This document shows positions 15,091 through 23,312 of a stretch of DNA of 32,000 nt, piece after piece. Source of the stretch: Pyrodictium abyssi. Its GTDB lineage: Archaea > Thermoproteota > Thermoprotei_A > Sulfolobales > Pyrodictiaceae. The notes beneath the pieces were generated by a model. The model ran no database searches, was not told the origin of the DNA, and saw nothing but the letters and a program-made list of their open reading frames with translations. Within the stretch, counting starts at the first letter, position 1. The number at the start of each line of letters is the position of its first letter. The DNA is taken from NCBI RefSeq assembly GCF_036323395.1, contig NZ_AP028907.1, positions 1,350,001 through 1,382,000 on the forward strand. The letters are read 5' to 3'. A program made the translations under genes and the position numbers.

Positions 15091-15492
15091 ATGGGGCCTA
15101 GGATTGTCGAGGGCAGGCGCGTCAAGGGCTTTGGGGTCGGCGGCCGCTATGTCGGGCACCCGTACTATGGTGGGTGGTTTGAGCGGCTTCTAGGCTGCCG
15201 GCCCTTCCCGGGCACGTTGAACGTCGAGGCTAGTGTCGACTGGCGTGAGCTGGCTGGGCTCTGCGAGCCCGTGGTGGTGCCGGAGACTGTGTGGGAGGGG
15301 CAGCGGCTCGGCGCTGTCTATGTGTGGAGGGCGAGGCTCAGGACCAGGGAGGGGCCGGTCGAGGTGCTTATTATACGCCCGCTGCTGAGCGGTCATGGCC
15401 CGCGGGTGCTCGAGCTGGTGGCGTGCAGCAAGCTCGCGCCGCTGCTTGACAGTGATCGCGTGGAGCTTGAGATTCTATGCAGCGGGGCTTAG
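15091..15492 (+). CDS. ribK: Archaeal CTP-dependent riboflavin kinase
   Basis: 133 aa. [34 protein letters not shown] matches the G-x-G...Y...lG..PfPGTLNv signature of the MJ0056-type family. Confidence 0.8.
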   Translation: MGPRIVEGRRVKGFGVGGRYVGHPYYGGWFERLLGCRPFPGTLNVEASVDWRELAGLCEPVVVPETVWEGQRLGAVYVWRARLRTREGPVEVLIIRPLLSGHGPRVLELVACSKLAPLLDSDRVELEILCSGA

Positions 15493-15603
15493 TGCCCGCT
15501 TAGCGCGGCAGTATTATGCTTGTCCTCGACCTAGATAAGCCTCTCCTCCTCAGCTCCATGTAAGCGTCTAGCAGCGCCTTAAGCCGAGGGCTCTGGTAGA
15601 GTA

Positions 15604-15927
15604 TTATCCTTCTTCGATGGCGTCTATTATTATCGGGTTGCCCCGGAGGAGCATCCGTGTAGCCTCCTCGATTGTGTAGGGGTGTGGCTCAACCTCTACC
15701 GGGAGGTCTGAGAGAAGATCCAGTATACGGGCTATCCGGTCCAGATACTTCTCTCGGAACTCTGCTATTACGAGTATGTCGTAGTCGCTCCAGGGGACCC
15801 AGTCGCCCCGCGCCCTGGAGCCGAAGAGTATTATGGCGTCCACTCCACGGGGCCCATTGACAAGCTTTTCTACTATCTCCTTGACGCGGCTGTCGTGTAC
15901 GCGTCTTTTAGCCCGTTTGTTTCTCAA
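15604..15927 (-). CDS. Minimal nucleotidyltransferase (MNT) of a HEPN/MNT toxin-antitoxin-like pair
   Basis: ILFGSRARGDWVPWSDYDILVIAE matches the GSxxRGD...DxD motif. It overlaps the end of the upstream HEPN gene by 20 nt. Confidence 0.85.
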   Translation of the reverse strand: MRNKRAKRRVHDSRVKEIVEKLVNGPRGVDAIILFGSRARGDWVPWSDYDILVIAEFREKYLDRIARILDLLSDLPVEVEPHPYTIEEATRMLLRGNPIIIDAIEEG

Positions 15928-16314
15928 TCTCTTTCACCACGAACTCTATAATCCGTCTGGCCGCTGCTAGGGCACGCTCCGCCGTCTCCCTGTCATACGC
16001 CTCGTGCGGCGTGCCCTCCGGAAGAGCATTAGGATAGCGGGAGGGTATATAGTGCCTATCAAGCTCCCTAGCGTCTACAAGGAGGCTCTCCTTACGCGTC
16101 CCCGTAGCCTCGAAGTAGCGCTGTAGGAGCACACGCACGCTATGCCCCCAGGGCGCCTCGTTAATACTGTATAGAAGCGCCTTCGCAGCTTTTTCGGCAG
16201 CCTGCTGCGCGTAGAATGCAGCCGAGTTGTACCTTCCTCGCGAAGCAGTATCCTAGCCGTCTCCAGATACCCCAAGGCCTCGCTGAGCCATCTTCTTGCC
16301 TCGCCCCTCGCCAC
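15908..16314 (-). pseudogene. HEPN-domain protein, frameshifted near 16228-16240
   Basis: Frame A reads MARGEARRWLSEALGYLETARILLREEG, then drifts into nonsense. Frame B, closed upstream by a TAG at 16253-16255, reads YNSAAFYAQQAAEKAAKALLYSINEAPWGHSVRVLLQRYFEATG...ELDRHYIPSRYP...RIIEFVVKEIEKQTG*. Joined, the two give a canonical HEPN with its R-x4-H/RYP motif. Confidence 0.8.
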
Positions 16315-16428
16315 CAGACAACCACCCTCTACCGAGTACTGCTTCTAACGCCGCCCTAATCATAACTATAACCATATAGGCCTAGGGTTTTGAATGCCCC
16401 GAGGAGGCTGTTCACCTCTTGGGGTGAC

Positions 16429-17220
16429 ATGGAGCTGAAAATAGGCCTGGTCCTGGCTGGGGGCGAGGGTAGAAGGTTTGGCGGTGATAAGCTCCTAGCT
16501 CTTGTCGACGGCGTGGCCTCGGTGGCGCGTGTCGCCAGGGCTCTCCGCGGGGCTGGAGCCGAGCTGGTGTACGCTGCTGTCCGGGAGGAGCGCCGCTGTA
16601 AGCTATACATGGAGGCTGCTGGGCTGGATGGCTGCGTCTACGACCCCTCGTGGCTAGGCTGCGGCGGCCCGGCCGCCGCGTTTGCGGGGCTAGAGGGGCT
16701 CCGGGGGGATACGCTGTTCGCAGCGCCGGGCGATATGCCTTGGCTGGAGCCGGGGGTCCTGGAGAAGCTGGAGGCGTTCATGGACGAGGCTGGAGGCGAG
16801 GCCGCGTTACCGCTCCACGAGGGCGGGTTCCTGGACACGCTGGTGGCGGCCATACGCTGGAGCCTCGTGGAGCGGCTTCCCGGGGTGCTCCGGGGGCTCT
16901 GCGGGCTGCGGGGCGAGCTCCGGGCTAGCGACCCCTACCGGGCCGCGGGGAGGCTCGTGCTAGTCGGCTCCGGGCTCCTAGCGTCGAGCCCGGTGGTCTT
17001 CTCCCATATTAATAGCCGGGAGCTGCTTAGGACGCGTGAGCCCAAGAGCCCTCTTGGCCCCAAGCATGTTATTGCTGTAGAGCCCCGGTTTAGCCTCCCA
17101 GCATCTAGAGACTTGCTGTGTAGGCGGTTGGCCCGGGAGATGGAGGAGTACCAGAGGTTTGGAGTGGCGCATCTGTTGAAGCACGCCAGCAGGGATTGGA
17201 GCATGTTCTGTGGCCTGTAG
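16429..17220 (+). CDS. mobA: Molybdenum cofactor guanylyltransferase (MobA-like) with a C-terminal extension
   Basis: GLVLAGGEGRRFGGDKLL (LAGGxGxRxGxDK) and APGDMPWL motifs. ATG 16429 is preferred; GGTGA lies just upstream. Confidence 0.8.
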   Translation: MELKIGLVLAGGEGRRFGGDKLLALVDGVASVARVARALRGAGAELVYAAVREERRCKLYMEAAGLDGCVYDPSWLGCGGPAAAFAGLEGLRGDTLFAAPGDMPWLEPGVLEKLEAFMDEAGGEAALPLHEGGFLDTLVAAIRWSLVERLPGVLRGLCGLRGELRASDPYRAAGRLVLVGSGLLASSPVVFSHINSRELLRTREPKSPLGPKHVIAVEPRFSLPASRDLLCRRLAREMEEYQRFGVAHLLKHASRDWSMFCGL

Positions 17221-17453
17221 CCGGGGGTACGCAGTGTCTGTCCCGGCTTCTGTGCAGCTGTTGGCCCTTGGTTTTGTACTGTTCCGTCCCAGTGCATGTA
17301 TTCGCTAGCTACACGTCTATGTCCACTTGGTTATCATGTCCTTGGGTACCTGGACCACAACACATATTCACAAATGCATCGTGATGTTCTATCTTTGAGG
17401 CACTGTAGTGTGGCCGTGTTTGCTCTACCCGTGTCGTGTGAGGTCAATGTGCT

Positions 17454-18386
17454 ATGGACGACATACATGGTGGTAGGAGCGCGCTTTTGCGCAGCAAGCT
17501 TCCCGAGATAGAGGGGTGGATTGAGAGGCTCTCAGAGCAGGATCATAGGAATGCACAATCATATCGTGTGCTACGGGCGCTGTATAGGGCGCAGGCACGC
17601 ATCGAGGAGGAGGCTCTGCGTCGTCTAGAGGAGTCTGGGCTAGTCGAGGAGGTGGCTAAGGCAGCGCGTAGGATAGCCTTCCAGCGTCTACCACTCATCG
17701 TGATCCTGGGTGGACTCCCCGAGCCTCTTATGGATGAGGAGTTTCTGCGCCGTTCGATGCTCGAGATAATGGATGCTGTGGAGAAGGAGGGCTATAGCCT
17801 TGAGGGCGCTGCGGCGTCTCTCCGCGAGCCCGTTGAGAAGGCCGCGCTGAGCCTCTCCCGGCTGGTCGGGGAGCTGTTAGAGGGCCGGGAGGATAGCATC
17901 CACGCGTGGGCGGGCGCTGTCTCCGCAGACCGGGACCGGGTTCGGGCGCTAGCCCTATGGCTCATCCAGCCCTTGCTTAGCGCGCTGCGCGTAGCCGCCA
18001 GCGGCGCGCTGGGCTGGGTCCGGGAGTACTGGCAGCAGGGTCTCTGCCCGGTCTGTGGCTCGGCTACACGCGTCGGGTACATGAGGGGGGAGGGCCGTCG
18101 ACGGTTCCTCCGCTGCCAGGTCTGCGGAATGGAGTGGGTATTCCCCCGCGCTCGGTGCCCCTACTGTGGAGCCGACAGCCCGGGCGATGTGGTGTTCTAC
18201 CGGCCTCTCGAGTCTAGGCAGTGGCTGCGGCTCTACCGCTGCCGCCGCTGCGGGGCCTACTGGAAGATAGTAGACGAGGAGGACGAGGCCGCCGCTGAGA
18301 GGGGGCTGCCTCCGAGAGAACTGTATGACGCTTACACGTTCGTGCTCGACGCGGTAGCCGAGATGCTTGCCTCTAAGAGACGATAG
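17454..18386 (+). CDS. fdhE: FdhE-like (formate dehydrogenase accessory) protein
   Basis: Helical N-domain plus four CxxC pairs: CPVCGS...RFLRCQVCGMEW...ARCPYCG...LYRCRRCGAYWK. Confidence 0.8.
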   Translation: MDDIHGGRSALLRSKLPEIEGWIERLSEQDHRNAQSYRVLRALYRAQARIEEEALRRLEESGLVEEVAKAARRIAFQRLPLIVILGGLPEPLMDEEFLRRSMLEIMDAVEKEGYSLEGAAASLREPVEKAALSLSRLVGELLEGREDSIHAWAGAVSADRDRVRALALWLIQPLLSALRVAASGALGWVREYWQQGLCPVCGSATRVGYMRGEGRRRFLRCQVCGMEWVFPRARCPYCGADSPGDVVFYRPLESRQWLRLYRCRRCGAYWKIVDEEDEAAAERGLPPRELYDAYTFVLDAVAEMLASKRR

Positions 18387-18404
18387 TCCGAGAGGGATGT
18401 AGCT

Positions 18405-18566
18405 GTGTCGGAAGAGGGTGGCTTCGTGGAGGAGATGCCCGAGGACTTCTACGCCGCCGAGGAGCTCGAGCTCGGCAGGCTATCCAAGTGCAAGGGCCTC
18501 GGGAAGAAGCGGAAGAAGAAAACCGTGGACAGAGTGCTCGAGGGAGAGGGACAGGGCCCCGGGTAG
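18405..18566 (+). CDS. Possible small acidic/basic protein (53 aa), unknown function
   Basis: GTG 18405 (or ATG 18432) opens VSEEGGFVEEMPEDFYAAEELELGRLSKCKGLGKKRKKKTVDRVLEGEGQGPG*. It fills the gap between the two FdhE-like genes on the same strand and has coding-like third-position GC. No homology was recognised. Confidence 0.25.
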   Translation: MSEEGGFVEEMPEDFYAAEELELGRLSKCKGLGKKRKKKTVDRVLEGEGQGPG

Positions 18567-18578
18567 CCGGAGGGAGCA

Positions 18579-19151
18579 TTGTTGACTCTCCCAGGGCTCC
18601 GCGAGGCCGCCGTAGACGCGCCGAGGCGCAGCGAGGGCATCCTAGGAGTGCTAGAGGAGGCCGCAGACAGGATAGCCGGTGCAGCGAAGGCCGCTACGCC
18701 GCCGAGGGTAGCCGCTGTCTACGCGATGCTCGCGTCCGCAGGGGCGCTGCCAGTAGCCCTGAGGGGCGGGCCTCCGCCGCTTAGCCCGGTACAGTACGCC
18801 GACTTCGCCACTGAAGTGATAGCGCGGCTCGAGACTGCCGGGCTCTACGAGGAGGCTAGGCCCCTCCGGCGCGCCCTCATGTCGGGGAGGCTGCCGGTCT
18901 ACGACCTTGCCCGCAGCTACCTGCTCGGAGACCTGGACTTCGTTGCCTCGGTGTCGAGGGAGCTAGGGGCCGCCGAGTGGCTCGTCAGGATCCTCGCCGC
19001 CACTGTTGCCGCCGGCTCCGCTAGGGCTGTTCGCGCGCTACTAGAGGAGCGTGGGAGCCTGCCCGCCCCGGCCCGGGAGGCAGTGTGCCCGGTATGCGGC
19101 AGACCCCTAGCCGGTGGACAGTGCAGCTTCTGTCTCTACGCCCGGAGGTAG
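18579..19151 (+). CDS. Short FdhE-like paralogue (helical domain plus a single C-terminal CxxC...CxxC knuckle)
   Basis: 190 aa, TTG start, ending ...AVCPVCGRPLAGGQCSFCLYARR. It has the same orientation and context as the fdhE-like gene. Confidence 0.5.
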   Translation: MLTLPGLREAAVDAPRRSEGILGVLEEAADRIAGAAKAATPPRVAAVYAMLASAGALPVALRGGPPPLSPVQYADFATEVIARLETAGLYEEARPLRRALMSGRLPVYDLARSYLLGDLDFVASVSRELGAAEWLVRILAATVAAGSARAVRALLEERGSLPAPAREAVCPVCGRPLAGGQCSFCLYARR

Positions 19152-19215
19152 CCAATGCTGTAGCGTATATTATATCCCCCATAGCTGCCCCTGGGCGGGC
19201 GAAGGGTGTACCACC

Positions 19216-20610
19216 ATGGTTGTCCGCGTCGCGGTAATCGGCGGCGGCGCAGCCGGCATGGCTGCCGCTAGCCGAGTTAAGAGGCTGCTGGGTGACAAGG
19301 CAGAGGTCACAGTCTTCGAGAAGGGGAGCTGGGTCAGCTTCGCCCTCTGCGGGACACCTTACTACCTCGGCTGCCGGGTCCCAACCCTCGACATGCTGGT
19401 CCACTACCCTCTCGAAGAGTTTACGCGCCGCCGCGGGATAGACGTCAGGCTGAAGACAATCGTCACCGAGGTGGACCCCGAGGCGAGGAGGCTCCGCTAC
19501 CGCAGCCTCGGTACAGGCGAGGAGGGGGAGTACGAGTACGACTACCTCGTCCTAGCTACCGGCGCCCGGCCCCGTGTCCCCGGCGAGCGGCTCCGCTACC
19601 GCAACGTTTACACCCTCCACAGCCTTGGGGATGCGGACCGCCTCCGCGCAGCAGCCGTGAGGAATGATGTAAAGCGGGTAGTAGTCATAGGGGGCGGCTA
19701 CACCGGGGTAGAGGCGGCCGAGAACCTTGCCAGGCTCGGCCGCAGGGTAATCCTGGTGCACAGCGGCGAGTGGCTTCTCAACAAGATGCTGGACCGCGAC
19801 ATGGCCGGCGAGCTTAATGAGAGGGCCCAGGCAGCCGGCATAGAGCTTGTGCTCGGCCGGAGGGTTGCCAGCATAGAGGGCTCCGGCGACATAGCTGTGA
19901 GCGCTGTCCTAGACAACGGCGAGCGTATAGATGGCGACCTCTTCCTAGCCGCCAGCGGCATTGAGCCCAACACCGTGCTCGCCGAGAAGATGGGCCTAAG
20001 GATAGGCGAGACGGGGGCTGTGTGGACGGACGAGAGGATGCGCACAAGCCTCGACGGCGTGTACGCTGTGGGCGACGTGGCTGAGACACGTGACCTGGTG
20101 ACCGGCGGGCGGGTCTGGTGGCCCTTCGCGCCAGCCGCCAACAAGATGGGCTTCGTGGCCGGGACCAACATAGCTGGAGGCGAGGCCGTGTTCCCCGGCG
20201 TGGTGCGTACGAGCGCTCTAGGCGCCTTCGGGCTCTACGTGGCTGCGACGGGCCTTAGCGAGGAGGAGGCTCGACGCCGAGGCTTCGACGCCGTCTCCGC
20301 CAGGGTCAAGGCGCCTGTCCGGGCCCGCTATATGGGCGAGCCCGGCGAGATACTCCTCAAGGTCGTTGCCGACGCTAGGACCGGGAGGCTGCTCGGCGCC
20401 CAGGCGGTGTCGAGCGACCCTAGCAGCTTCTGGAGAATCAACGTCGTGGCATCGCTGATATGGATGCGTGCTACCGTCTGGGACCTATTCAGCATGGACC
20501 TGGGCTACTGGCCTGGCCTCAACCCGGTCTGGGACCCGCTGACCATAGCTGCTAGGCTGCTCTTTAGGGAACTCGGCACTACGCCGCACGGCAGCCACGG
20601 GCAAGCCTAG
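19216..20610 (+). CDS. FAD-dependent pyridine-nucleotide-disulfide oxidoreductase of the CoA-disulfide reductase / NADH oxidase / NAD(P)H sulfur-reductase type
   Basis: VAVIGGGAAGMAAA (FAD GxGxxG); the single redox Cys in VSFALCGTPYY; second Rossmann fold VVVIGGGYTGVEAAE; YAVGDVAE. The start was moved to ATG 19216. Confidence 0.85.
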   Translation: MVVRVAVIGGGAAGMAAASRVKRLLGDKAEVTVFEKGSWVSFALCGTPYYLGCRVPTLDMLVHYPLEEFTRRRGIDVRLKTIVTEVDPEARRLRYRSLGTGEEGEYEYDYLVLATGARPRVPGERLRYRNVYTLHSLGDADRLRAAAVRNDVKRVVVIGGGYTGVEAAENLARLGRRVILVHSGEWLLNKMLDRDMAGELNERAQAAGIELVLGRRVASIEGSGDIAVSAVLDNGERIDGDLFLAASGIEPNTVLAEKMGLRIGETGAVWTDERMRTSLDGVYAVGDVAETRDLVTGGRVWWPFAPAANKMGFVAGTNIAGGEAVFPGVVRTSALGAFGLYVAATGLSEEEARRRGFDAVSARVKAPVRARYMGEPGEILLKVVADARTGRLLGAQAVSSDPSSFWRINVVASLIWMRATVWDLFSMDLGYWPGLNPVWDPLTIAARLLFRELGTTPHGSHGQA

Positions 20611-21470
20611 ACCGGGCGCCGAGAGCCGAGGAGCCTTGCTGCTAGAGGCCTAGACAGCGCAGTGACCACCGTGAAGGCTGCGAACCCCGCCATCCCAGCA
20701 AGGAGCCCCATCTCCTCCAGTACGAGGGCCACTGCCAGCGCTGCGAGCGACACTACGAGGGATAGGAGCCTGACCCGTAGCCTCGGCGTCTCGAGGGACT
20801 CTTGTGCCCCGCCCATCCTGGCCAGCGCGGCGCCCGCGGCTACGAGCCCCGCGTCTATCCCGGTTAGCCGCGCCGCCGCCCCGTAGCCCGGGTCGGCCGC
20901 GAGAGCGGCCGCCGCTAGCGGGAGCCCGGCGAGCCCGAGAAGCAGCGCCGCGGAGGCCGCGCTCCTCCTAGCCGAGGCCTTGTAAGCCACGGCAGCCGCT
21001 GCTACGCCTACTATTATGCCGCCCAGCACGTCACGCGGGTAGTGGACGTTTAGGACTAGCCTTGACGCCGACACCGCTGCCGTATGGACGGCGCCAACCA
21101 AGGCTGCCGGCAGACTCCTGGCGTAGAGGGCCACCATCGTCCAGAAGGCTGCACTCAGCGCTGCGTGGCCGCTGGGGAACGCCGGGCCAGAGGCCTCTAC
21201 GAGCCACGTGTCCTCCGGGGGCCGAGGGAGCCCGGTGAAGACCTTTAGGGCGACCACGATGCTTGAGGCGAGGGCTAGGCCGGATACCAGCCTTATGCCG
21301 AGTGTGCCACTGAGGAGCGAGTAGGCTAGGATACCGATGAGCATGTAGACTGCCTCGTCACCGAGGCGGGTCACGGCCCTACAGTAGCCTATGCTGCCGG
21401 CAGTACACGCGGCTAGCTCCAGCAAGGCGCCCGAGAAAAGAACGAGCCATAGCATACGCTGGCGCATCAA
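20607..21470 (-). CDS. PAP2-family (type-2 phosphatidic acid / polyprenyl-diphosphate) phosphatase, membrane protein
   Basis: KVFTGLPRPP (KxxxxxxRP), PSGHAALS (PSGH) and SRLVLNVHYPRDVLGG (SRxxxxxHxxxD). It overlaps the upstream gene by 4 nt. Confidence 0.85.
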   Translation of the reverse strand: MMRQRMLWLVLFSGALLELAACTAGSIGYCRAVTRLGDEAVYMLIGILAYSLLSGTLGIRLVSGLALASSIVVALKVFTGLPRPPEDTWLVEASGPAFPSGHAALSAAFWTMVALYARSLPAALVGAVHTAAVSASRLVLNVHYPRDVLGGIIVGVAAAAVAYKASARRSAASAALLLGLAGLPLAAAALAADPGYGAAARLTGIDAGLVAAGAALARMGGAQESLETPRLRVRLLSLVVSLAALAVALVLEEMGLLAGMAGFAAFTVVTALSRPLAARLLGSRRPV

Positions 21471-22426
21471 CCGGTGTTCCTCCTCGCCGCGCGCTGCTTC
21501 TCTAGGCTCCGCGCTATTATCTCCAGCTGTATATCGCTCGTGCCCTCAGCCGGCTCTAGCGCGTAGAGGTGAAGCAGGAGCTCGGATAGGCCCGTACCCC
21601 TGCGCGCGGCGTGGCCGCCGAACGTGCGGACAGCGGCGTCGGCGGCCGCTAGCCCCGCCTCCACGGCGATGTACTTGGCTGCACTCGTGAGGGCCCAGTC
21701 GAGGCGGCCCCCGCTCTCCAGTGTGTCGGCCGCCTTCTCCACTAGGGCTTTGGCGGCTTCGAGCCCGGCGTAGGCCCGTGCAAGCCGGTGGCTCACAGCC
21801 TGGAAGCGGTAGACGCCCCGGCTAAGCGCCCAATCTACGGCTTTCTCGAGCACAGTGCTTGCCAGGCTCAGGGCGAGCACTGCTACCAGGACGCGGCTCT
21901 CGGCTAGGGAACGGAGCACTGCGAGGTAGGGCTCACGGCCCGGCCCGGCTACGAGCCGGGCCTCCACGTTCTCTAGCCGGAGCCTCGCTACGCCGCTGCA
22001 GCTGTAGGCCTCTAGGTCGAGCGGCTCAGCATGTAGCCCAGAGGCGCCCGGCTCCACGAGGGCCAGTACGTAGCCCTCGCTACTCCGGGCGAAGACTAGT
22101 ATCGCCGAGGCGTAGAGCGCGTTTGTCGCGAACACCTTCTCGCCGGTTATCCTCACTCTGCCGTCGCCCAGCAGCTCGGCGCTGGTCTCTACGCCTGCTA
22201 GGTCGGAGCCGCCGCGGGGCTCGCTGAGCGCGGGGGACAGCAGCCCCTGGGGCGCCTCAGCGCCGAGGCTCGAGAGGATGCGGCGGGAGACACAGTGGCT
22301 CACTAGGCTCATACCCGTACACGGGTCTATGCGCGCCTCCATGACGCGGCGGGCGAGCTTGCCTAGGCTGCTACAGTCTCCCGCCAGCTCGAGGACGCGC
22401 CCTGCGACGCTGCTACCGGTACCCAA
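21467..22426 (-). CDS. Acyl-CoA-dehydrogenase-fold protein (short N-terminus)
   Basis: Middle beta-domain ...ITGEKVFATNALYASAILVFARS... and C-terminal helical domain ...RTFGGHAARRGTGLSELLLHLYALEPAEGTSDIQLEIIARSL. Confidence 0.65.
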   Translation of the reverse strand: MGTGSSVAGRVLELAGDCSSLGKLARRVMEARIDPCTGMSLVSHCVSRRILSSLGAEAPQGLLSPALSEPRGGSDLAGVETSAELLGDGRVRITGEKVFATNALYASAILVFARSSEGYVLALVEPGASGLHAEPLDLEAYSCSGVARLRLENVEARLVAGPGREPYLAVLRSLAESRVLVAVLALSLASTVLEKAVDWALSRGVYRFQAVSHRLARAYAGLEAAKALVEKAADTLESGGRLDWALTSAAKYIAVEAGLAAADAAVRTFGGHAARRGTGLSELLLHLYALEPAEGTSDIQLEIIARSLEKQRAARRNTG

Positions 22427-22471
22427 GGCGCGTGTTCACCAGTGGTCTTCCAGACCCACGGCCAGGAGACT

Positions 22472-22954
22472 TTAACCCCGCTCTCTGCTGGCGTCGCAGC
22501 CGATTATCTCCGACAAGGCCTCGGCCGCCTTCCGGACAGCCTCGGCCGCCCTGACGGAGAGAGGCGCGCCCAGCTCCACCTTCTCGACGCCGAGGAGCAG
22601 GTAGACGACTCTACGGGCAGCGTCGGCGAGGAGCCTGTGCACAAGCGGCGGGGGAATGCCATGGGTCGAGATGGCGGACCACTCGGGGCCTGGCTCGCCT
22701 TCGTAGACCGCGACCTCCCCCGGCTCTAGGCCGAGAGCTGCATCCACCACTATGAGGAGCTCGGGGCTGTGCACACGTACCACGTGGATACACAGCTCGG
22801 CGCCGCCGGGGCACTCCTCGACGCAGCTGCATCCTTTGACGCGTAGCAGCCGGGCAGCCTCTAGCCCGGCCGCGTCATCTCCCATCAGCGGGTGGCCGAC
22901 GCCGAGGACTAGTATCCTGCACCTACTCTCCGCTGTCTCCTGCAAGCGGGTCAC
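22472..22954 (-). CDS. hycI: [NiFe]-hydrogenase maturation endopeptidase (HycI/HyaD family)
   Basis: ILVLGVGHPLMGDDAAGLEAARLL (GxGxxxxxDDxxG), VVDAAL (Asp) and STHGIPPPLV (His) are the metal-binding motifs. Confidence 0.85.
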   Translation of the reverse strand: MTRLQETAESRCRILVLGVGHPLMGDDAAGLEAARLLRVKGCSCVEECPGGAELCIHVVRVHSPELLIVVDAALGLEPGEVAVYEGEPGPEWSAISTHGIPPPLVHRLLADAARRVVYLLLGVEKVELGAPLSVRAAEAVRKAAEALSEIIGCDASRERG

Positions 22955-23312
22955 CGACTAGGCTGCCGCGGCTCGGCGTTGGCGGCGGCACCCTGTTGCT
23001 GACCCGGTACGCGTGGCGCGGGCATATGTCCACGCAGTGATAGCAGAACATGCAGAGGTCGTAGTGCACAACGGGGTACTTGCGGGGCTTCTTGCCCTCC
23101 CCCTGGGACGGGAGGAGCTTCATCTCTATAGCGCCGGATGGACACTCGATGGCGCAGAGACTGCAGCCTATACACTTCTCCACGTCGACTACGTGGAGGC
23201 CGCGGTAGCTGCTACTAGGTGTCGGCCCGGTTCTCACACCGTACTCTATGGTGGCTGGCCTGCGGGCTAGGTTTGATAGGAGCTCGCGGAGCAGGACGAG
23301 CACACGCGCCAC
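22923..23312 (-). CDS. 2x[4Fe-4S] ferredoxin-type hydrogenase subunit (NuoI/MbhN/HycF-like)
   Basis: CIGCSLCAIECP and CMFCYHCVDICP. The GTG start overlaps the large-subunit stop by 1 nt. Confidence 0.85.
   Translation of the reverse strand: MARVLVLLRELLSNLARRPATIEYGVRTGPTPSSSYRGLHVVDVEKCIGCSLCAIECPSGAIEMKLLPSQGEGKKPRKYPVVHYDLCMFCYHCVDICPRHAYRVSNRVPPPTPSRGSLVGDPLAGDSGE

Noticed and set aside
14960-15193. 77-aa ORF upstream of and overlapping ribK, considered as a possible N-terminal wHTH (RbkR-type fusion) separated by a frameshift.
   Set aside because: The ribK frame is closed by stops at 14953-14955 and about 15046-15048. The overlapping ORF shows no HTH signature and overlaps the well-supported ribK start in another frame.
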